Assembly (NCBI RefSeq): GCF_030144855.1 | Contig: NC_082708.1 | Span: 123,628,001 to 123,692,000, forward strand | Length of the DNA stretch: 64,000 bases | Direction of reading: 5' to 3' | DNA from: Hypanus sabinus | Lineage: Eukaryota | Shown: positions 9,345 through 23,248 of the stretch, in pieces | Layout of the letters: every line of letters begins with the position of its first letter | How positions within the stretch are numbered: position 1 is the stretch's first letter | Position numbers and translations under genes: made by a program | Notes under the pieces: model-generated | Database searches by the model: none | The model's input: the letters and a program-made list of their open reading frames with translations, nothing else | What the model was told of the DNA's origin: nothing

Positions 9345-11750
9345 AGAGCGATGACGACCCATCTCATCAGAGTGGCAAAGAGCTGTGGTGGTGTTTCATC
9401 CCCAAAGAGCAGAACTCCAGATCAGGAGCATTGGACTGCTGAACGTTGAAGGGAAAATCATCTCCTCTGTCATGGCTAAGAGGATGACCAGCTACCTCAT
9501 GGGCAGTGGATACATTGACGCCAGCTGCCAGAAGGCAGGGGTTCGAGGCTTCCAGGGATGCGTGGAGAACGCATCATTGAAATGGGACCAGATCAAACAA
9601 GCCAAGCGTGAGGAAGGTGACCTACACGTCGTGTGGCTGGATCTTGTGGATCTGCGCCTCACCAGCTCAGCAACTTTGCAATGGAGTTCTTTTACATTCC
9701 CCACTGCATTACAGGCTGGGTTTTCTCATCACTTCAGTGAGGTCTGGATGGGCTGCTCTTATCACCACCTTACTACAGGGTGGCAGCAGCTCAAAGTAGG
9801 CATTGGCAATGAGGAGTTCCAACTCTCCCACCCTACCTGTGGCAGTCTTCGAGATCATCCTTATCGGAGCAAGGCTGGGGATTGGAGGATAAAGCTACCG
9901 TCAGGACAGAGGCTCCTACCACTGAGAAGTGACATGGGTGATGTCACAAGCATTCTTCCGCCGGCTGCATGCACAAGAGGGGTGCTGAAGAGGCCGGACG
10001 TGCTAGTGACGCGGGCAAGAATGAAGATAAAGCCCTCCAAGTCACAAAGCCTATCGCTCAGAAAAGGGGGTCAGAAGCAACTACTGCGGGTACGGGGGAG
10101 GGCGAGGATCCTTTTGTTGGCCAGGCAGCCCATCCAAAGCCTTGGGAGGCAATACATCGCAGAGCTCTCTGACAGGGAAATGGGAAAAGCAGCACAGGAA
10201 CTGCTTGCAGACGGCCTGGCCAGAACTGACCAGAGGCAACTACTGGGAAAGTATGAAGTGTGACGCTACCAGTTCATACTTCACCAAAAGGTGATATGGC
10301 CCCTGAAGATGTGTAGAATTCCCTCATCAACAGCCAGCAGGATGGATGCGATAGTCAACTCATACATCCGGAAATGGCTGGGGCTGCCTCGGAGTTTCTC
10401 GACACCGGCCTCTTTGGGAAGAACATGGTACAGCTGCCACTGAGATCCATCAGCCTGGGGTACAAGCAGGAGAAAACCCGACTGACTGATGTGCTGAGGA
10501 AGTCCAGTGACCCAATCCATACCGACCATAAATGGGGAGCTCAAACTGAAATAGCCCAGGCCATCAGTCGGCTAGAGCACCAAGAGGCTGTCAGCAGAGT
10601 CCAGGCTGCACATGTAGTACAAACTTGGCTGTAAGAAGGCAACACATTTCTGATCCAAGGCCTCAAAGAAAGAGAGGAAAGCCATGGTCGTGGAGGAGCT
10701 GACAGGAACAAAGCAGGAGCACTACAGGGTGAAGGCAGTGGCACAAGGCCTGCAGGGAAGATGGACAGCATGGGAGGGCATCATAAACAGCTGGTCTGAC
10801 CTGTGGAAGTTCCCAGAAGCCAGACTCTGCTTCTTGAGGATAACCTATGATACTTTGCCCTGCCCCCTAAATCTTCTCCAGTAGCTCGGGAGTAAGGATA
10901 GCTGCCCCCATGGATACCACTAATGCCAACCTCTAACACATTCTGGCAGGATACAAGACTGCATTGACTCAAGGGCTCTACAGATGATGGCACGATCAGG
11001 TCCTAAAGAAGCTGATGGAGATCCTGGAGACCTGCAGGCGGGTGCAAGAAGCAGCCTTTCCCCAGCAGGACGATAACTCATCCCATTTGTTAAGGCTGGT
11101 AAGAGTGCTGAATGCACCCACCCAAGAGCTCCTTCAGGCTTCCTCTCGACAGGCAAGAAGTGGAACATGAGGGCAGACAGCTACAGTTTCTCACAGAAAT
11201 CACCACCACATCTCTCCACTGTGGTTCATTGCTGCCAACAAAGTCCTCCGTATTGAGTTAACCATCCCATGGGAGGAAGGAGTGGAGGCTGGGCATGAGC
11301 AGACAAAGCTGAAAGACTCAGACATGGCAGCTGAGCATAAGGAAGCAGGCTGGAGGACCATCATCTACCCTGTGGAGGTAGGGTGCCGGGGCTCTGTCGG
11401 TGCATCGACAACAAGGTTACTCCATGACATGGCAGTGACTGGAGCGAGCCTCAGGAGGGCCACCAGGGAGTTGCCTGAAGAGGCAGAAATGGGCAGCTTT
11501 TGGCTGTGACTAAGGAGGGACAGAAATTGGGAGACCGACTAACCCCACTGAAGACTGCAAGGGGTGACAGGGAGATGTCCCTGGAACTGCTCTGCCACCA
11601 GGAGATGTACCGGGGCTCAGGGAGTGAAACGTCAATGAGCTGTGGTCCCTGGCTGATGACCCTGCAGCTGACCCAACAGCTCTGTTGAAAGTGCGGCAGG
11701 CAGCAATGCCAAGTAGGAAACGTCTTCCTGTAAATCTCATTAATCAGGTT
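9345..11750 (+). mobile_element. 5'-truncated Hero-like non-LTR retrotransposon (RT plus restriction-like endonuclease), frameshifted
   Basis: RSIGLLNVEGKI, CQKAGVRGFQGCVE, LHVVWLDL (RT); WHDQVL, IELTIPWEE, YPVEVGCRG (RLE domain), as in Hero/NeSL/R2-superfamily ORFs. Confidence 0.82.
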
Positions 11751-14299
11751 GAAACTGGATTGCCAAATATATGATTTAAATATGTTCAAGACAGAATCAG
11801 GTTTATTACCACTGTTTTGCATGATCTGTAAAGTGTTGTTTTGTGGCAGCAGTACAAAGGAATAAAATTGCTAAAAATTACGGAATATAGTGCAAACAAA
11901 AATGGAATAATGAGATATTGTTTGCAGAAATCTGAAGGCAGAGGGGAGGGCACTCATTCTCAGACCATTATAGTGCAGATTTTGAAGATCTGGCATGTCT
12001 CACGGCAACCTTCTGATTCACCCGTTTAATCAGCAACACCATCAGTCCAACCACAAAACCTTAGTTACAGAAAACCGTGAGTCACCATTTACAATCATGC
12101 TTTAGTCCACCAGCTTCCCCGTTCCTCTCTCACAGATGCACACACCTACTACGAGCCACTCTGCAGAACCAAATCAATCCCCAGGATCCAAAGGCCCGAT
12201 ACTGTCCACAACACCATTTTAGATAGATTAAATCTCTGATAACAGTTCAGGTTTAAGTAAAAACAAAAAAAAACCACTGGCAATAATAAAAATGTCACTT
12301 AAAACATCTTAAAAAGTCTAGGAGTAAATTGCCGCCATCACAATGAGGCAAAATGCAATAAACAGATCACTTATCACCCAGATTTTAACTCTGTCAGAAA
12401 TCCTACTGAACTGAATGGGGTTGTCCAACTTAAGCAAGGTTTAGCTGCTGTAAACCAAAAGGGCCAGCGACAAATTGCACACAAGCTCCCAGTGGCAGTG
12501 AGAGATGTATGTACGGGCTTCTCACCTCCAACCTGGGCATTGTGATGCGGGGGTGAAGTCTGAGAAACTACAGGACTGAGAGAAATACAACCTGATTGCC
12601 TTTAATAGGGAAAATGTCGAGGGAGCAGAAGAGGCTTGTCAGGATGCTGCCTGGACTAAAGGGCATGTGCTATCAGGAGAGGTTGGAGCAGTGGAGACTG
12701 CGGGGAGATCTGATAGAGGTTTACAAGATTGAGAGGCTGACAGAGAAAAGGGAGTATCATTTTAAGAGATACTTAGATAGATACATGAATGTGAGGGAAT
12801 GGACGTTGTGTAGGCAGAGGGGATTGGTTTAGTTGGCCATTTAGTTCAGCACAACATTGTGGGCTGAAGGGTCTGTTCTTGTCATGTAATGCTCTATGTT
12901 CACATTCAGGGTCAGGAGCTCTCCATCTGGAATGGTGGAGGCAGAAACCACATTTAAAAGGAGTATAAATGTTCACTTTAAACAGCAGAAACTATTACAG
13001 ACCAAGAATCGGCAAGTGGCTTTAGCCCAAGTAGTTCATTTTGGTCAACGGCCTCCTTCAATGCTCCAAATGAAGGATGTTCTAAATACTTTAGAGACAG
13101 GAGATTGCAGATCCAGGATCTGAGGCATTTCTCTTATACTGTAGTAGCACTTTCAGAGATTATGCTCAAGAGGCTTATTTATGTAAAATAACATCCCCAA
13201 CAGGTCCAAAACCTCAGTCACTCGTTTGCCAAGATATTAAAGTCATAGACATTCACAACACTAGATCCTCAGTGTTCAAACAGGCAATGATTATTTGACT
13301 CAGGAATTAGATCTACATAATGAAGGCACTTCCACATTTTCTAATGATTTATTAGTAAGATTTACATTATACATCAATAGCAACGAGTAGACACAAGTTT
13401 TATGGGAATAGCTTGATTCAGCTGCATAATTGCTGCATAATTAAAAGCTAATCTTTTAATTTGAAGGATAATCTGTAATAAGTAAGGGATTAAGAGAACC
13501 CTTTTTCATATTAATATCTTGAACAATAATTGTAACAATGCAGAAGCATTTGTACTCTTAAAGCTTTGAAATACTTCTAGGGAAACTAACAAAAGATTCC
13601 ATGAATACTGCCAATTATGGAGACTGATATTATCAATGATTTCACATATACCGAACAATTTCCCTCAGTGATCAAAACATCCTCTTATGCAGCGATCCTC
13701 ATACAAACTCCAAACAGAAATACCATCGAAGGGCCTTCTAGATGCAAATGATTACAACACATTATTTTAAAGTCAAATAACAAAAGAAGTCATGATCACA
13801 AGTGATTCTGCAGAGCTGGAAATTCAGAACACGCACAAAATGTGCCTTGGTCCACTGCTAGTACAGAAAAGAACACACAAAAATGAATATTAATTAAACT
13901 CCATAACCTGAAATGTGTAATAAAGTCCCCATCTTCCTACAGAGTGCTGTGAAAAATAACTTTAATTACTTATTTATAAATTGGAGTTGGGCATTGGAGA
14001 CAAGCTGAATAACTGCCTACTCCAATTTCCTCCAGAGCTGAAAGGGCTCGCTTGGCCATTGCTAGATCAGGTAAGAGTTAACACAGCCCAATCAGATAAA
14101 GTTGACAAATTTCCTTCCATAAAATAACAATAATAAGATTAATATAAATTAATGTTTATTGCCTCCATCCTCAATTTTGTTTTTAAGTAAACAAATTTAA
14201 ACCGGAATTCATGGTTCTAGTAACACGTAGCAAGTCCCCACTTCATTTCGTAACTGAGTTACTTTAAATGGTATCTGGAGCAAGCTTTTAGTTTCCCAT

Positions 14300-14305
14300 T
14301 TTATT
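14300..14305 (-). promoter_or_regulatory. Candidate ANXA5 polyadenylation signal (AATAAA)
   Basis: AATAAA on minus strand about 260 nt past the stop codon; other hexamers exist further down (e.g. about 14155), so the real site is uncertain. Confidence 0.3.
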
Positions 14306-14567
14306 TCACAGAAATACAACCACAAAAACAAAATGCTTTTTAAAATAGTTTCCATATTAGTTATTGGATTCAGCTTAAACTTATTTGGAATATCCATGCT
14401 GCAAAAATATGATAAATATTTTCAGGAACTCTGAAAGCAGATAAATTTGAACATGCTTTGCAAGATGTAACTCAATGAAGTACTTGTATTACAATGGTAC
14501 TTGGACAAGCAATTAACAAGACAAAGCTTCAATACTTTTTATGGAACTTTTTACTTCAGAAGGAGCT

Positions 14568-14630
14568 TTAATTATCTTCACCACCACAGATGCTTAGAAG
14601 GGCATTTCTGTAATCACCTGAAGTGTCACT
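14568..14630 (-). CDS. ANXA5: Annexin A5 last coding exon, SDTSGDYRNALLSICGGEDN*
   Basis: cttttgtag acceptor; DTSGDY..LL..CG C-terminus; TAA at 14570-14568. The 11 exons total 957 nt (318 aa plus stop). Confidence 0.94.
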   Translation of the reverse strand, partial: SDTSGDYRNALLSICGGEDN

Positions 14631-16976
14631 CTACAAAAGAAAAGGAATTATTAATATTATCCATGTGAACTGAGATGCTGTGTTCAGAAATGAATCTATT
14701 CAGTCTGGGTTGAGGAGAAGTTCTCCTCTGGCAATAATCAAAAATAGTTTGTTAGACTAGACCATTACAAAAGGCAGCTACATATCATCCTATAAAATGG
14801 AGTACAATGGCACTGCAGATCTAGAGAACTAATTGTACAGATACTAGAATGGTTGGCAAGGTGTCTGGCAAGCATCACAGAATAGCTTAGAGATGTCTAT
14901 AATCTGAGCAAATAGTCAATGGTTAACTTAGTTAGAGATGTTTGTGATCAACACATACTACAACGGATCAGCAGCCAAATAGGACGATGGAAAAAAAGTC
15001 TAAGTACATCATTTTCTTTGTTAAGTGGAGAAGCTGCTGGAGACATTCAGGAATTCTCCCCTACTGCTGTAAAACAACAGACCTTGGACGAACAGAATGG
15101 ACTCATTCATCTAGTTTCTCCAAATCAGACAAAAGTCTGATTTTGGACAGCTTTGATATTTTATACCAATGGCTTCCTGCAAATCATTACAGGCACATAG
15201 ATGGAAAATTTATTTCCCTTTTTTAAATCGAATCTTCTCTGGTGTTTTTGCACTGTAATACCTTATTTGCTCTTTGTACATCTGCCACTTCCTGTCTTAA
15301 TAAAGTTATTACATAACTTCACACACAAAATTGTTCTATTGTACTGTATAGAACAATAGTTCTATTGTTCTATTCCACTGTAGCATCATTTACCCACAAC
15401 CACAGTCAGCAATGAGAGAAAAAAAAACTTGTTTCACACTTTTCCTCAACTAAGATGCCAGTAGTATCTATCAATTAGCTTATTTTCCCATTGAACTTTG
15501 CCTTTTAATAGTTGGAGACACTGAAATTCAATATATATAATGTTCGAAAATCTATCATGAAAATTATGATTGCTACTCTGCCTCCATTCAAGGAGCTCAC
15601 AGTAAATGTTAACCCTAAAAGGGAACCTGACACATTGGATCAAAGAAATAAATCTCCCAACATGCCAATTCTGAAATACAACTGCTGAGTGAGTCCATTC
15701 CTGTTATTGGGCCAGGTTTTCCGAAGGCACATTGGCAGTTACTGCTGGTACCTATAGCCATCATCAATTGGACGTTTGAACAGCCATTATATATCCTAAC
15801 TCACATGTCAGTGTACGGCCCCAGTTCCAGTAATCAATATGGTATCAGCACAATTTGCTGTACATATATGACAGAAAGGCAGGGGGCACAACCACATTAG
15901 GAGATGTCTTACCAGGGCTCCCAATTACCATCTCCTCCCCATTCCAGTTGCACAGGCAGTGTCAGCCACTTACAGCTGAAAAGAGGCCCTGTATTGTGAA
16001 GGACTGCACCAATAACTTGTGCCGGGAGGCTGCTTCCAGAATTATATCATTTCATAGCAAACATGGCCAGCTCAGCAATCATGGGAAGATCCAGCTCCAT
16101 CTTTCTAATCTCATCGTGGATTATGCAAAATTTATCTTGTTTCCAAATCTGATCACCAATGTGAGGCCCTCCACTGGTCAGAGTCAACTAAGCATGTTGT
16201 GTCCTAGCTGGCACATGCATGACAGGGCAGGATGATATGGAAGGCAAGCTGCTGCCCATGCAGCAGGCTCCCCTCTCCATGCAACCGACGAATCCAAACG
16301 GTAGGCAGAGACCAACACAGCTCAGCACCAGCAGAAGAGGGCAGTCATCACTGAACTCAACGGCATTCCAACTGATGTACAAGTCAGTTCAAGCTGGCTG
16401 TTTTACTGATAATGTCCAATTATTTCATATTTTTCACTTCAGAGTATCCTAGTGCATTTCACATTTAAATCAAGTACTGTAATTATGCAGGAAAACAGTT
16501 TTAACTTCCATATTATCCCATATACAAGAGTGAATCACCCCTTTCTCCTGCCCTCCAGTTTTTGATAATGATGTAACTAATATTGAATTCCACTGTTCTT
16601 CGAGATGCACCTTCATTCAGACGTCGTTAAACTGCCATTGTGTTTTAAATAGGCCACTGTCTGACAATTCTGCTTTCATCACCATGTCCATCTACACTGA
16701 CTTCTTTGTTTATGTACACCAATCCCATTTGTCTACATTAGGGCCATATCCTTTACCTGTCTTAATGCCTCAAAAATAGTAACTGCATTCAATTCCAGCA
16801 CCTCCCAGATAACAACCACTCTAACGTACAAAAAATATTATCCTCAAGATCTTCTATAAATTCCTTACCCGTCATTTTTTAAAATATATTTCCACTTCTC
16901 TACCTTATTTACAGACACATCACTGACTGGTTTATTTTCCTTATTGCCAGTAGTACATTTTGTTCTATGGTCGTAC

Positions 16977-17099
16977 CTTGATCACACTGTGGAGTGATCG
17001 TCCATAGTTTTCATAAAATACCTTACGAATATCCAACAAGTCAACTTCACTCCTTGAAATCATAACCCTGATAAGTGTATCATCATCCGTGCCACTTCC
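16977..17099 (-). CDS. ANXA5: Annexin A5 exon 12 equivalent, [41 protein letters not shown]
   Basis: ttaactag acceptor, gtacga donor; 123 nt; repeat-4 motif GxGTDD..LIRVM.SRSE. Confidence 0.94.
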
Positions 17100-18379
17100 C
17101 TAGTTAAACAAGGAAATATGTGAAAATATTTAGTTACTTCAACAAGCTCAGGTCCGACAATATGATAATGACTTACCAAATAAACCGTTTCTATAGATCA
17201 AGTTAGTCAATTAAGGCAATCAAGGCTATTACGCAATTAAGAAAGCTGCTGAAATATGGGGGGGGGGGGGCCAACATAGGCTGCCTGAGAATAATGGAGT
17301 CACGTGGCTATTGACCAGAAGAGATGCCTTCTCATGTTCGAAACAGGTTGGACATTCCAGGGGTGGTAACCCGTGAAGTTCAGAATTCTCAAGGGAACCC
17401 TAATGAATCACAGATCTAATCTATCACTACCTGAATTTTGCAAACATTTCTAATCCACATTCATTTGAGTTCCACTTCATCAAAAGGGCATCAATGATAT
17501 CGTTAAGACTGCGGTGCACAGTGATCCAGGACATCATCAGTTGTCGTTACTCTACCTTGAGATTAGAAAGATCAAGGTAACACTGCCCTCTTCAGGAAAA
17601 CGGTGTCTGCACAGCTTACAAATTACTGATCACAAGGCATTCTGAGTTTATTGTCACATGCACAAGCACAATTCAGATACAGGTACAATGAAAATCTTTC
17701 TTACAGCAGTATCACAGACACGTAGATTCAGACACCCAATGGATCTTACCCCTGTCCCACAGCTTCAACCCATACAGCGATTTGGGTCAATAGAAACCTC
17801 CAAGGAGCACATCATGTGTACCCTCAGGGTGCAGGCTGCCCCCAGCACATCCTCGGAATGTGTTGGTTGTTAACGCAAACTCCGCATTTCACTGCATGTT
17901 TCCATGTTTCAATGTACATGTAATATTAAAGCTGATCTTTAATGACTAGAGCAAGTCTCTCTTCCTCCAGCAGAGAGTATCAGTGGTTTAAACAGGAGTA
18001 AGATTACCAAGATGTACTACAATATAGAGTGAATTTTAGAAATAAATTAATTAAAAAATAATCCTGGAATTTAGATAGACAGCTTCTTCCTCGAAACCCA
18101 TTTTAGTTATCACTATTCTCTTTATTAACTACACATTAACTTCAAATACAGCTTTTGCTTTGTCCTATTTTGGTACATTCAAAAGATAAACATACCAATA
18201 TCCAGAATTGGATACTGATAAACTTTGTAAACAGTTCTCTCGATAATGTTATTCTAATATATTCTTAGTGGTTTGCACTTAGCACAAAGAACTGGGTACA
18301 CACATTGTCATTTTTATATTGAGAAAAGAACTGGTTATAATAATTAATCTAATAAATGTAAACAACTTATTCAACAGAC

Positions 18380-18438
18380 CTTCATGGCATTATAAAGTGT
18401 TTCAGCAAAATATCCAGGAACACTTCTTACACACTTCA
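18380..18438 (-). CDS. ANXA5: Annexin A5 exon 11 equivalent, VKCVRSVPGYFAETLYNAMK
   Basis: tatttcag acceptor, gtctgt donor; 59 nt. Confidence 0.93.
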
Positions 18439-18789
18439 CTGAAATAGAACACAAACATAAATTATGTACAGATTATTAATTTTGTTGTTCAAAAAAATAG
18501 TTAACTAATTTAAAACTTTATACTTTTTGTGTACAGAGGGAATTAATCAATTAGAACAATTGTCAACAATGGCCTTCTGATCCAATTGGCTATTTGTTGA
18601 AGTGTGGATTCATTTACGGTGAAACTAGAATTAAAATGGAGATAGGCAAGCACAAGAGAAAGAGAAATATATATTGATTTAAGAATGCTGGAAAGCGTTT
18701 TGTATTTTAGAATCGATGGAGTTGATTGGCCTGGTTTTGAGTTAAACATTTTGGACTACAGCATGAGAACATCAGCTTGTGCTTCTTAC

Positions 18790-18885
18790 CAACTGCTAGC
18801 AAGGTGCTCCTCAGATTTCCAGATGTCTCAGAAGCAATGCTTTCTTCTATTTGGTATCCTGAGATTTTCATATACTCTTTAAAAA
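18790..18885 (-). CDS. ANXA5: Annexin A5 exon 10 equivalent, VFKEYMKISGYQIEESIASETSGNLRSTLLAV
   Basis: ctttcag acceptor, gtaaga donor; 96 nt; close to human VFDKYMTISGFQIEETIDRETSGNL. Confidence 0.94.
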
Positions 18886-21229
18886 CTGAAAGGGACCACA
18901 TATAGAAACAGACATAATTTCCAACAATGAGTAAAATAGCACAAGTAGATACTTAATATGTGAAACTTCACAATGATCTTTATTTAATATAACTGGTAAA
19001 ATTGAACTAAATTATTGTGCACTTCATTTTACTACAAACAAGTTTCTCACCAAGCAATGTTACTCTACAATCCAGATTCATTTCTGCATTTCAGCTATTG
19101 CAAAGAGCTAGAAATATACATTTTTTTCTGTAAAAGAAATGCAATCAAATTGAACAAATTCAAGGTTACTTTACGACTAATTCTTTTATCAGGAGAATGA
19201 TGCCTTAAATTTAACTTAGCACATAAGAAACTTCCTCAGCAACTAATCATCTGAGGTAAAATTCAGCCCAGGCACTCACAAACAATATTTACCAGCACGA
19301 ATCACATCAAGGACCATAACAGTTCTTATAAAAATATTACAGCAGTATAGACTGATAGACATGAAACACAAGTGACTACAGATGCTGGAAACTGAGGGAA
19401 AACGAAATGAACAGCTGGAGCAATTCAGCAGGTCACGTAGCATCTGCAGAGGCAAAGGAAATGGGTTTCGGGTCCAGATCCTGTATCATTGGTTAAGAGG
19501 GCTTACTTGCTGAACAAGTTTCTTTATATCGCTTTACATTTTACAGTAGCTATTTAACACCTCTGAAACCCATGAGTCCAACACCAAGTGACTGGAATTC
19601 TACCACATGCATATCCACACATCATCCTCAAACCGCTGTTCCTTCTTCATCACCAGCTCCGGATTCTGGGACACCCCACCCAGACAGCAATGTGAGAATA
19701 GCTTCAATACAATGAAAAAAAGTAGGTCAGTTTAGCACCCCTTCTCAGAGGCAATCAGGAGAGGGCAACAAATAAATCCAAATGAATGTGTGACAGCCAC
19801 ATTCAATAAATGAAGCAAGTAATCTTGGATCCAAATATTGAAACAACATGCATTTAAAATACTTGCTTTGTGCAAACCATGATTGTTCAAGCTTCACACC
19901 CAGTTTTTGTTGAGTTATTAAATGCAACAATAATAATTCAACAAAAATTGCACCTGTGCACTAAATTAACTACTCGATACTGTTATATCAGAGGTCAATG
20001 CTGGCTTACATGCTCAAAACCCTAAGTTCCAATTAAAGTCAAGTCCGTTATGACTGGTAATCATATCAAAAGTAATCTAACTTTCCTTGCTCATTTCAAA
20101 CTCTATGGTTGATCACTCAGCGCTCCTTCTACGCTGCTTGGCTATCATCCAGCTAAGTAGGATAACTGTTGTTTGTATTTTTGTCAACACAGTCAAAACC
20201 AGAAAACAGCAACAGTAGCTTTTCTCTTCACGTCTCACATGTACCTCTAGTAGTCCAAAAATCCATCCCAGACTTTAACTTCAAATCAGAATATTGGTGT
20301 TTAACATACAAAAATAATTGGTTTCCATGCACCCTGATGACACCTCGCTCCATCTACTATCCCTCTCTTAACTTATCCACTACCTCCAAGCAGTCAGGTC
20401 ATTTTTCCATGAGCAGAAATGTCCTGAAACTAAACAAAAGGGGAAATAGCAACTAACCAAGTCTTCCGTGTCCATCCCTTGAATTAAGAAAATCACTCTG
20501 ACACCTGTCTGAAACCCAACGAGATCCCACATACAGTGCGAGTCTAGTTTCTTATCTCCTTGTCATTATTACTTACAATGCCTTAACACTGCCTGGCATT
20601 ATCCAATGTACTTACTGTTGAATCCCCAATCCATATTTAAATATACTGCCAAAGAGAGTAGGAGGGACAGGTGCTCTCGCTACATTTAAAAGCATTTGGC
20701 CAAGCACTTGAACCAACTAGGCATAACGGGTTATCAACTAAGTGTTGGCAAAGGGGACCAGTACAGATTGGGACTTATTGCCCATCATGCACACAGTGAG
20801 CTGAAAGGTCTATTTCCTGTGTTGTGTGACTCTACAGTTCCATGCAATCTGTACCACCTTCCACTTTAACCAAGCTTTTGGTCATCTGACCCAATATCAG
20901 TTATGTGGCTTCACTGATAAACATCATTATTTTTTCCTCTGAAGCACCTTGCTACGTTAGTTACCAAAAAAATGGAAATTGTTGTTAGGCCCTACCACAT
21001 TCCTGCTGTATGACCGATATCATTTGACATGTTACCAAATAAATGAGTTCACATTGACACAACATTTGTTGTGGGTGAATGACATCCAAGGAAGCTCAAG
21101 TATTCTAAAGTAATTCATTAATAATCGGCACTGTTCTTTTCAAAAATTGAACTAAACATTTTCTTATTTATGCATTGTGTGTATCAATTTTCAAGCTAGT
21201 TCCTTTAACAACTGTTGCCTTGCAATATG

Positions 21230-22555
21230 TTTTACTGGTTACTTTCAGACAGAGAGGCATAATATGATTAGGAATAGTCAGCATGCCTTTGTGAAAGGCA
21301 GGTCGTGCCTCATGAGCCTGATTGAATTTTTTGAGGATGTGACCAAACACATTAATAAAGGTAGAGCAGTAGATGTAATGTATATGGATTTCAGCAAGGC
21401 ATTTGATAAAGTACCCCATGCAAGGCTCATTGAGAAAGTAAGGAAGTATGGGATCAAAGGGGACACTGCTTTGGGGATCCAGAACTGGCTTGCCCACAGA
21501 AGGCAAAGAGTGGTTGTAGACGGGTCATATTCTGCATGGAGGTCGATCACCAGAGGTGTGCCTCAAAGATCTGTTCCGGGACCCTTACTCTTAGTGATTT
21601 TTATAAATGACCTGGATGAGGAAGTGGAGGGATGAGTTAGTAAGTTTGCTGATGACACAGAGGTTGGAGGTGTTGTGGATAGTCAGAGGTTGGAGGTGTT
21701 GTGTCAGAGGTTACAATGGGACATTGATAGGATGCAAAATTGGGCTGAGAAGTGGCAGATGGAGTTCAACCCAGATATGTGTGAGTTGGTTCATTTTGGT
21801 AGGTCAAATATGATGGCAGAATATGGTATTAATGGTAAGACACTTGGCAGTGTGGAGGATCAGAGGGATCTTGGGGTCCGAGTCCATAGGACACTCAAAG
21901 CTGCTGTGCAGGTTGACTCTGTGATTAAGAAGGCGTACGGTGCATTGGCCTTCATCAATCATTGGATTGAGTTTAGGAGCCGAGAGGTTGCAGCTATATT
22001 GGACCCTGGTCAGACCCCACTTGGAGTACTGTGCTCAGTTCTGGTCATCTCACTACAGGAAGGATATGGAAACCACAGAAAGGGTGCAGAGGAGATTTAC
22101 AAGGATGTTGCCTGAATTGGGGAGCATGCCCTATGAGAACAGGTTGAGTGAACTCGGCCTTTTTTTCCTTGGAGTGACGGAGGATGAGAGGTGACCTGAT
22201 AGAGGTGCACAAGATGAAGGGAGACATTGGTCTTGTGGAAAGTCAGAGGCTTTTCTCCTGGGCAGAAATGGCTAGTATGAGAGGGCACAGTTTTAAAGGT
22301 GCTTGGAAGTAGGTACAGAGGAGATGTCAGGGGTAATTTTATTTTACGCAAAGAGTGGTGAGTGAGTGGAATAGGCTGCCAATGACGGTGGTGGAGGCGG
22401 ATACAATAGGGTCTTTTAAGAAACTCCTGGACAGGTACATGGAGCTCAGAAAAATAGAGGGTTATGGGTAACCCTAGGTATTTTCTAAGGTAAGGACATG
22501 TTTGGCACAGCTTTGTGGAGCGAAGGGCCTGTGTTGTGCTATAGGTTTTCTGTGC
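21230..22555 (+). mobile_element. 5'-truncated CR1 LINE (RT and 3' end)
   Basis: SQHAFVKGRSCL, YMDFSKAFDKVPH, GVPQ.SV.GP, FADDT, LVRPHLEYCAQFW. Confidence 0.92.
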
Positions 22556-23154
22556 CTCTGTATGAATTTAGTATTTCCTTCATTTGTGCAAACTTGGCTT
22601 TTTGACGGAGGACTCCATTTATATGCAATGTGACACTTCCATGGAGCTTCAGAAGCAGTTCATTGGCTGGGAATATTTTGGAATATTCAAAGATGGGCAC
22701 CCCATAAATGCATGTCCTCAACTATATAGTCTCCCACTAATATGTGAAAAATATTTTCTCCAGTTTGATTAGTGTTCTCCCAACTCAGCATAAATATTGC
22801 ATGCACAGAGCTCTGATGATGAATGTGAGGGAAGGAAGAGAGAAATAAAGTACAAAAAGATTAGAAATGTCTAAATCCTAGAATGTAGAAGTTTAAAATT
22901 TCCACCCAAATACTCATACATTCATAGAACACTACAGGAAAGAAGCAGGCCCTTCAGCCCATCTAGTCCCTGCTAAACTGTTATTCTACCTAGTCTCATT
23001 AGCATGCACCTGAGTGATAGCCCTCCAAGTCACTGATATAGATGACAAACAACATACTCTGTTAAAGTCACCAAAATGTAAAGTGTCACATGACATAATG
23101 CCACACTATTGATGAGTAAACATCAGTAAGGAAAGTAAAGCCAACAATGCAAAC

Positions 23155-23248
23155 CTTGCCGAAGATGATGAACACTCTTACTGCCTATGATGGACAGGAA
23201 CATTGACTCATCAGTACCACACTTCAGTTCTCCGGCTTGAAACAGTTC
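23155..23248 (-). CDS. ANXA5: Annexin A5 exon 9 equivalent, ELFQAGELKCGTDESMFLSIIGSKSVHHLRQ
   Basis: gcaacag acceptor, gtttgc donor; 94 nt; LFQAGELK..GTDE matches ANXA5 repeat 3. Confidence 0.94.

Noticed and set aside
11620-11665. GAAAC-GTC and CTGATGA boxes in the Hero 3' UTR suggesting a permuted hammerhead
   Set aside because: No valid stem I can form between the triplet and CUGAUGA, stem II is offset by 3 nt, and the other copy has TTGATGA.
15083-15177. Possible alternative exon between exons 12 and 13 (EAIGIKYQSCPKSDFCLIWRN*)
   Set aside because: Weak pyrimidine tract and no homology to the annexin C-terminus.
17172-17250. Strong minus-strand donor TTG|GTAAGT between exons 11 and 12 (possible micro- or poison exon)
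   Set aside because: Candidate exons are 14 nt (frameshift) or 72 nt (immediate stop); there is no support without RNA data.
17257-17270. Homopolymer G/C runs (also about 36480 and 41726)
   Set aside because: Isolated runs, not multi-tract G-quadruplex patterns; their lengths are also error-prone.
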